A stretch of 64,000 nt of DNA from Alphaproteobacteria bacterium (lineage in GTDB: Bacteria > Pseudomonadota > Alphaproteobacteria > JASGCL01): NCBI GenBank assembly GCA_965262605.1, contig CBDHFN010000003.1, positions 7,222 through 71,221 on the forward strand. Direction: 5' to 3'. The notes beneath the pieces are model-generated. The model was given only the letters and a program-made list of their open reading frames with translations, had not been told where the DNA came from and ran no database searches. Shown here piece by piece: positions 60,393 to 64,000 of the stretch. The position numbers and the translations under genes are program-made. The number at the start of each line of letters is the position of its first letter. Within the stretch, counting starts at the first letter, position 1.

Positions 60393-61431
60393 GGATTCTA
60401 TTATAACTTATGAAAAGTCAGGAGTCAACATTGCGAATGGAAATGATTTTGTAAAAAAAATTAAACCATTCGCGGCGGCGACTAAAAAACCATGGGCAAA
60501 TGCATCATTGGGGGGGTTTGGCGCGGTGTTTGACCCGAAAAAAGCTGGGTTTATTGATCCATTAATTTTGACTTCAACTGATGGGGTTGGCACAAAATTA
60601 GCCATTGCGATTGCCATGCGCCGTTATGATACGATTGGCATTGATTTAGTGGCAATGTGCGTCAATGATCTTTTGGTTGAAGGCGCAAAGCCGCTTGCCT
60701 TTTTGGATTATTATGCTTGCGGGCAGTTAAATATTATCAATGCCGCCCAAGTAGTCAAGGGCATAAGCGCGGGTTGTATTCAAGCAAATTGCGCCTTAAT
60801 CGGTGGTGAAACGGCGGAAATGCCGGAATTTTACGATGCGGAAAAATTTGACTTGGCGGGATTCGTGGTTGGCGCGATTGAGCGCGAAATATACGAACAT
60901 CGCCAAAAACCGATGGCTGGTGATATGTTAATTGCCCTGCCTTCTTCGGGACTGCATAGTAATGGTTATTCTTTGGCGCGCAAAATCATTGCCACCCATA
61001 ATTTATCATACCAAGACCCATGCCCATTTGATAAAAATATTTCCTTAGGTGATGCCTTATTAACGCCGACTTTAATTTACGAACAAGCCAGTTTATTGGG
61101 ATTTAATCACGGGCTTATTAAAGCGGGCAGTCATATCACGGGTGGTGGCTTATTGGAAAATTTACCGCGGGTTTTTGGCGATGATTTATGCGCGAATATT
61201 GACAAAAATTCTTGGCAAATTCCCCCAATTTTTACATTTTTGCAAAATTTAGGCAATGTGCCATTAAACGACTTATACCGCACGCTTAATTGCGGGATTG
61301 GCATGGTTTTTATTGTTGCCCAAGAAAATATAAGCCCATTGCAAAAATTATGGCGCGATATTGGGCAAGAATCTTGGGTAATTGGGCAATTATCGGCGAA
61401 AATTGGCGCAGAATCGGTGCTTATCGCATGA
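60391..61431 (+). CDS. purM: phosphoribosylformylglycinamidine cyclo-ligase (AIR synthetase)
   Basis: DGVGTKL, GIDLVAMCVNDLLVEGAKPLAFLDYYA and IGGETAEMP motifs. Confidence 0.9.
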   Translation: MDSIITYEKSGVNIANGNDFVKKIKPFAAATKKPWANASLGGFGAVFDPKKAGFIDPLILTSTDGVGTKLAIAIAMRRYDTIGIDLVAMCVNDLLVEGAKPLAFLDYYACGQLNIINAAQVVKGISAGCIQANCALIGGETAEMPEFYDAEKFDLAGFVVGAIEREIYEHRQKPMAGDMLIALPSSGLHSNGYSLARKIIATHNLSYQDPCPFDKNISLGDALLTPTLIYEQASLLGFNHGLIKAGSHITGGGLLENLPRVFGDDLCANIDKNSWQIPPIFTFLQNLGNVPLNDLYRTLNCGIGMVFIVAQENISPLQKLWRDIGQESWVIGQLSAKIGAESVLIA

Positions 61432-61961
61432 AATTAATGGGGATAGCTGGTTGGAGTGGCTCGGGAAAAACCTCGTTAATCGTGCGATTATTGGCATATT
61501 TTAATGAAAAAAATTTGCGCACTTCGGTTATTAAGCACGCCCATCATAATTTTGAACCCGATATTATCGGCAAAGATTCTTACCGATTTCGCACCGAAGG
61601 GGCTTATCAATGTTGTATTTCATCGCAAAAAATTACCATGGTGGTGGAACAACGCCAAACAAAAAATTTGCAAGAAAATGAACCTAATTTAGCCGAATTA
61701 TTGGCACGGTTAAAACCCTGTGATTTAGTCATTATTGAGGGGTTTAAATTTGATCCAATAATTAAATGCGAAATTTTTAATTCCACGCTTAACAAGCCGT
61801 ATTTATACGAAAATGATTCGCAAATTCAAGCCTTAATTGCCGATATTATCCCCCATCATTTACCCAATTGGCACAATAAACCGATTTTTCAGCGCGATGA
61901 TATTGCGCAAATTGGCGAATTTATTTGGCAAAACGCGCAAAATACTTCATCAAGATTCTAG
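61428..61961 (+). CDS. mobB: molybdopterin-guanine dinucleotide biosynthesis adapter protein MobB
   Basis: Start taken at the ATGA overlap with the purM stop (MKLMGIAGWSGSGKTSLIVRL P-loop), giving 177 aa of typical MobB size. The track ORF begins earlier, inside purM. Confidence 0.7.
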   Translation: MKLMGIAGWSGSGKTSLIVRLLAYFNEKNLRTSVIKHAHHNFEPDIIGKDSYRFRTEGAYQCCISSQKITMVVEQRQTKNLQENEPNLAELLARLKPCDLVIIEGFKFDPIIKCEIFNSTLNKPYLYENDSQIQALIADIIPHHLPNWHNKPIFQRDDIAQIGEFIWQNAQNTSSRF

Positions 61962-62633
61962 AAAATTATTTATAATGGGCGCAATAATATTAGGTCGTTC
62001 TAAAAAAGCCGTATGCCCGCAATTTTCAATGATATGATGGCGAACATTGGGTAATTTTGCCACCATGGCGATAATTTTTTCGTTGCTGACTAATTGGTCA
62101 TGGCTGGCTTGCAGAACAAGCGTGGGTTGGTGAATTTGCGCTAAAAAATCTAATTTATTCTCACGCAGTAAAATTGCATTTAGTTGTTGATAATAAATTT
62201 CGGGTCCTAAATCTTGATTCATTTCGTTAATTATTGCCAAAATTTCCCAATCTTGGGCAAAATCTTCATGCACTAATTTTTTAAAATATTGCGGGTGGAC
62301 TTTAACTTGATTGATTTTTGCGCTTAATTTTAATTGATTTAAGCGAAATTGCCGAATTTCCAAACTATCCGCGCCCGCATGGGTAAAGCTAAGCATAAGT
62401 TTTTGCACCCGTTGGGGCGCAAGCAAGGCGCATTCAAGCGCGACATACCCCCCCATGGAATAGCCTAAAATATTTAAATCCCCAGTATTTTCGGCTAATA
62501 TCCGCTCTGCCATTGCCTTAATACTGCTATCTTTTGTGGTATCGGCGGCATGAAATTGCGGTAAATATTGGTGGATTCGCCCAAAAATCTTATGATTGCA
62601 CATTAAACCCGGAATAAATATCAGCGCCGTCAT
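61950..62633 (-). CDS. alpha/beta-fold hydrolase
   Basis: 227 aa. Nucleophile elbow GYSMGG. His near the C-terminus (GHTAFLE). Confidence 0.6.
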   Translation of the reverse strand: MTALIFIPGLMCNHKIFGRIHQYLPQFHAADTTKDSSIKAMAERILAENTGDLNILGYSMGGYVALECALLAPQRVQKLMLSFTHAGADSLEIRQFRLNQLKLSAKINQVKVHPQYFKKLVHEDFAQDWEILAIINEMNQDLGPEIYYQQLNAILLRENKLDFLAQIHQPTLVLQASHDQLVSNEKIIAMVAKLPNVRHHIIENCGHTAFLERPNIIAPIINNFLES

Positions 62634-64000
62634 GCCGGCAATCCCAATAATAATTTTGCTTGGGCGCGCGCTTCGTGCGTTATAATATCTGATGATAACA
62701 TTCGGGCAATTTCTTCAATGCGCATATTCATGTCGCATAAGCGAATATGGGTGGTTGCTTGATTATTTTCGGTGATTTTTTCAATTTTAAAATGGCTCTG
62801 CCCCATGGCGGCAATTTGCGGGGAATGGGTTATGACAAAACATTGCTGATATTGGCTTAATGATTGTAAAATCTTGCCAATCGCCGAAGCGGTTGCGCCC
62901 CCAACCCCGCTGTCAATTTCATCAAAAACAAGGGTTTGATGGGTATCTTGCAGCGCCATGGCGTTTTTAATTGCCAATAATAATCGCGATAATTCCCCGC
63001 CCGATGCAGTTTTATGAACAAAATCAAAGGGCTGGCTTGGGTTAATGCTTGCCAAAAATTGCACTTTATCAAGCCCATCACGGTGCGGATTTTCGCGTTC
63101 AATTAATTGTATTTTAACGCGGGCATGGGGTAATTTTAACAAAACTAAAATCGGATTTATCATATTTTGCAAATTTTCTGCGGCTTTCATGCGCAATTTA
63201 CGCATATTTTGGGCGCAATCATGATAAAATTTGCTGGCATTTTGAAATTCATGCAATAATTTTGGAATCGCGTTTAATTTTTGTTGATGGCTGGCAAGTT
63301 TTAAGGCAAAATCCGCGGCTAAATTATTAAGTTCGTGGCTGGGCACGCGATATTTGCGGGCTAATTCGCGTAATTTATATAATCTTTCTTCAATTTCCAC
63401 GATATTTTCATCGGAATTTTGCCAATCATATAATGCCCGTTCGGCATGTTGCAATAAATCTGATGATAAATTATTAATATTATCGGCGATGGTGCAAATA
63501 TTATCACGATATTCGCCATCAGGTAATTTTAACGAAGCCTTAGATATTTGCCGAAGATTCTTAAAAATTCCATGATTATCTTGCAAATTATTGATAATTT
63601 CTTGAATATTTTGCAGATTTTTTTCTAAATTTTGTAATTCACGGCGTTTATTATTGCGCCATTCTTCTTCGTTATCCGCAATACCCATCGCGTCAATTTC
63701 CGCAAAAGATTCCGCCCAATAAGCGCAATCCTTGGCAATTTGTTCTTGATGCAATTGCGCAGCTTCATATTGGGTTTTTGCGCTCATCATTGCATCAAAT
63801 GCTTGCCGTAATTGGGCTAATTTATCGGCGTATCTGCCAAAATTATCCAGCATTGCCAAATGATTTTGCGCGTCTAACAAGGCATGTCGTTCATTTTGGG
63901 TTTGAATTTCCACGCATAAAGGCGCGATTTTTTGCAAAAAATTTAAACTAACTGGCGTTTCATTAACAAAACATTTGCTTTTACCATCATTTTTAATGAT
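62630..64000 (-). CDS. recN: DNA repair protein RecN, N-terminal part beyond window end
   Basis: C-terminal SMC-like signature and Walker B (ASGGELSRLLLAIK; LVFDEIDSGVGG). The frame stays open upstream to the window edge; the track's M at 63937 is a TTG. Confidence 0.8.
   Translation of the reverse strand: MIKNDGKSKCFVNETPVSLNFLQKIAPLCVEIQTQNERHALLDAQNHLAMLDNFGRYADKLAQLRQAFDAMMSAKTQYEAAQLHQEQIAKDCAYWAESFAEIDAMGIADNEEEWRNNKRRELQNLEKNLQNIQEIINNLQDNHGIFKNLRQISKASLKLPDGEYRDNICTIADNINNLSSDLLQHAERALYDWQNSDENIVEIEERLYKLRELARKYRVPSHELNNLAADFALKLASHQQKLNAIPKLLHEFQNASKFYHDCAQNMRKLRMKAAENLQNMINPILVLLKLPHARVKIQLIERENPHRDGLDKVQFLASINPSQPFDFVHKTASGGELSRLLLAIKNAMALQDTHQTLVFDEIDSGVGGATASAIGKILQSLSQYQQCFVITHSPQIAAMGQSHFKIEKITENNQATTHIRLCDMNMRIEEIARMLSSDIITHEARAQAKLLLGLPA

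Noticed and set aside
1-64000. Search for tRNA or rRNA genes, transposases and integrases flanking the accessory segments
   Set aside because: No cloverleaf-compatible tRNA-like sequences, rRNA fragments, DDE or tyrosine-recombinase ORFs were recognised. Mobility of the SIR2-HerA and mttB islands therefore cannot be tied to an identifiable element.

Overview
This 64-kb window looks like chromosome from a low-GC (roughly 35-40% by eye) alphaproteobacterium. The synteny supports that: lpxD-fabZ-lpxA-lpxI, skp-bamA, ccoNOQPG, the fliF-fliG-fliN-flbD-flhA class II flagellar block, hdaA beside DUF2066 and purM, cobT, and a DUF1285-hfq pair. Most genes are housekeeping: gltBD, LPS and outer-membrane biogenesis, cbb3 oxidase, purF/purM, ubiD, secB, secY-rplO-rpmD-adk, flagellar export and switch, ccmHI, recN.

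Accessory or unusual content, in order of interest:
1. An AT-rich two-gene SIR2-like NADase plus HerA-like ATPase module (9339..12174) sits between hfq and the ccoNOQPG operon. It matches the SIR2-HerA antiphage family and is the best candidate for a defense system here.
2. A stand-alone gamma-class N6-adenine DNA methyltransferase is wedged, 1-5 nt from each neighbour, between gltD and gltB.
3. fabZ and lpxA are joined into one in-frame 410-aa ORF.
4. A heme-utilisation locus (hemP, small ORF, hemS/chuS) lies behind a near-consensus Fur box.
5. A GC-rich mttB-family methyltransferase and a family-5 substrate-binding protein form an apparent horizontally acquired island.
6. Three orphan PotD-like periplasmic binding-protein paralogs carry twin-arginine signal peptides.
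7. A dCTP-deaminase-like protein has an added C-terminal membrane/amphipathic tail.
8. Two inverted tandem arrays of a ~220-bp repeat (G5-A-C5 palindrome plus 10-bp phased A-tracts), and a solo copy, bracket a fragment of the ribosomal-protein operon (rpmD-rplO-secY-adk) together with cobT.
9. A conserved ~90-nt intergenic element occurs in two copies and encodes a tiny conserved peptide; it may be an sRNA.

No tRNA or rRNA genes, CRISPR arrays, transposases or integrases were recognised.
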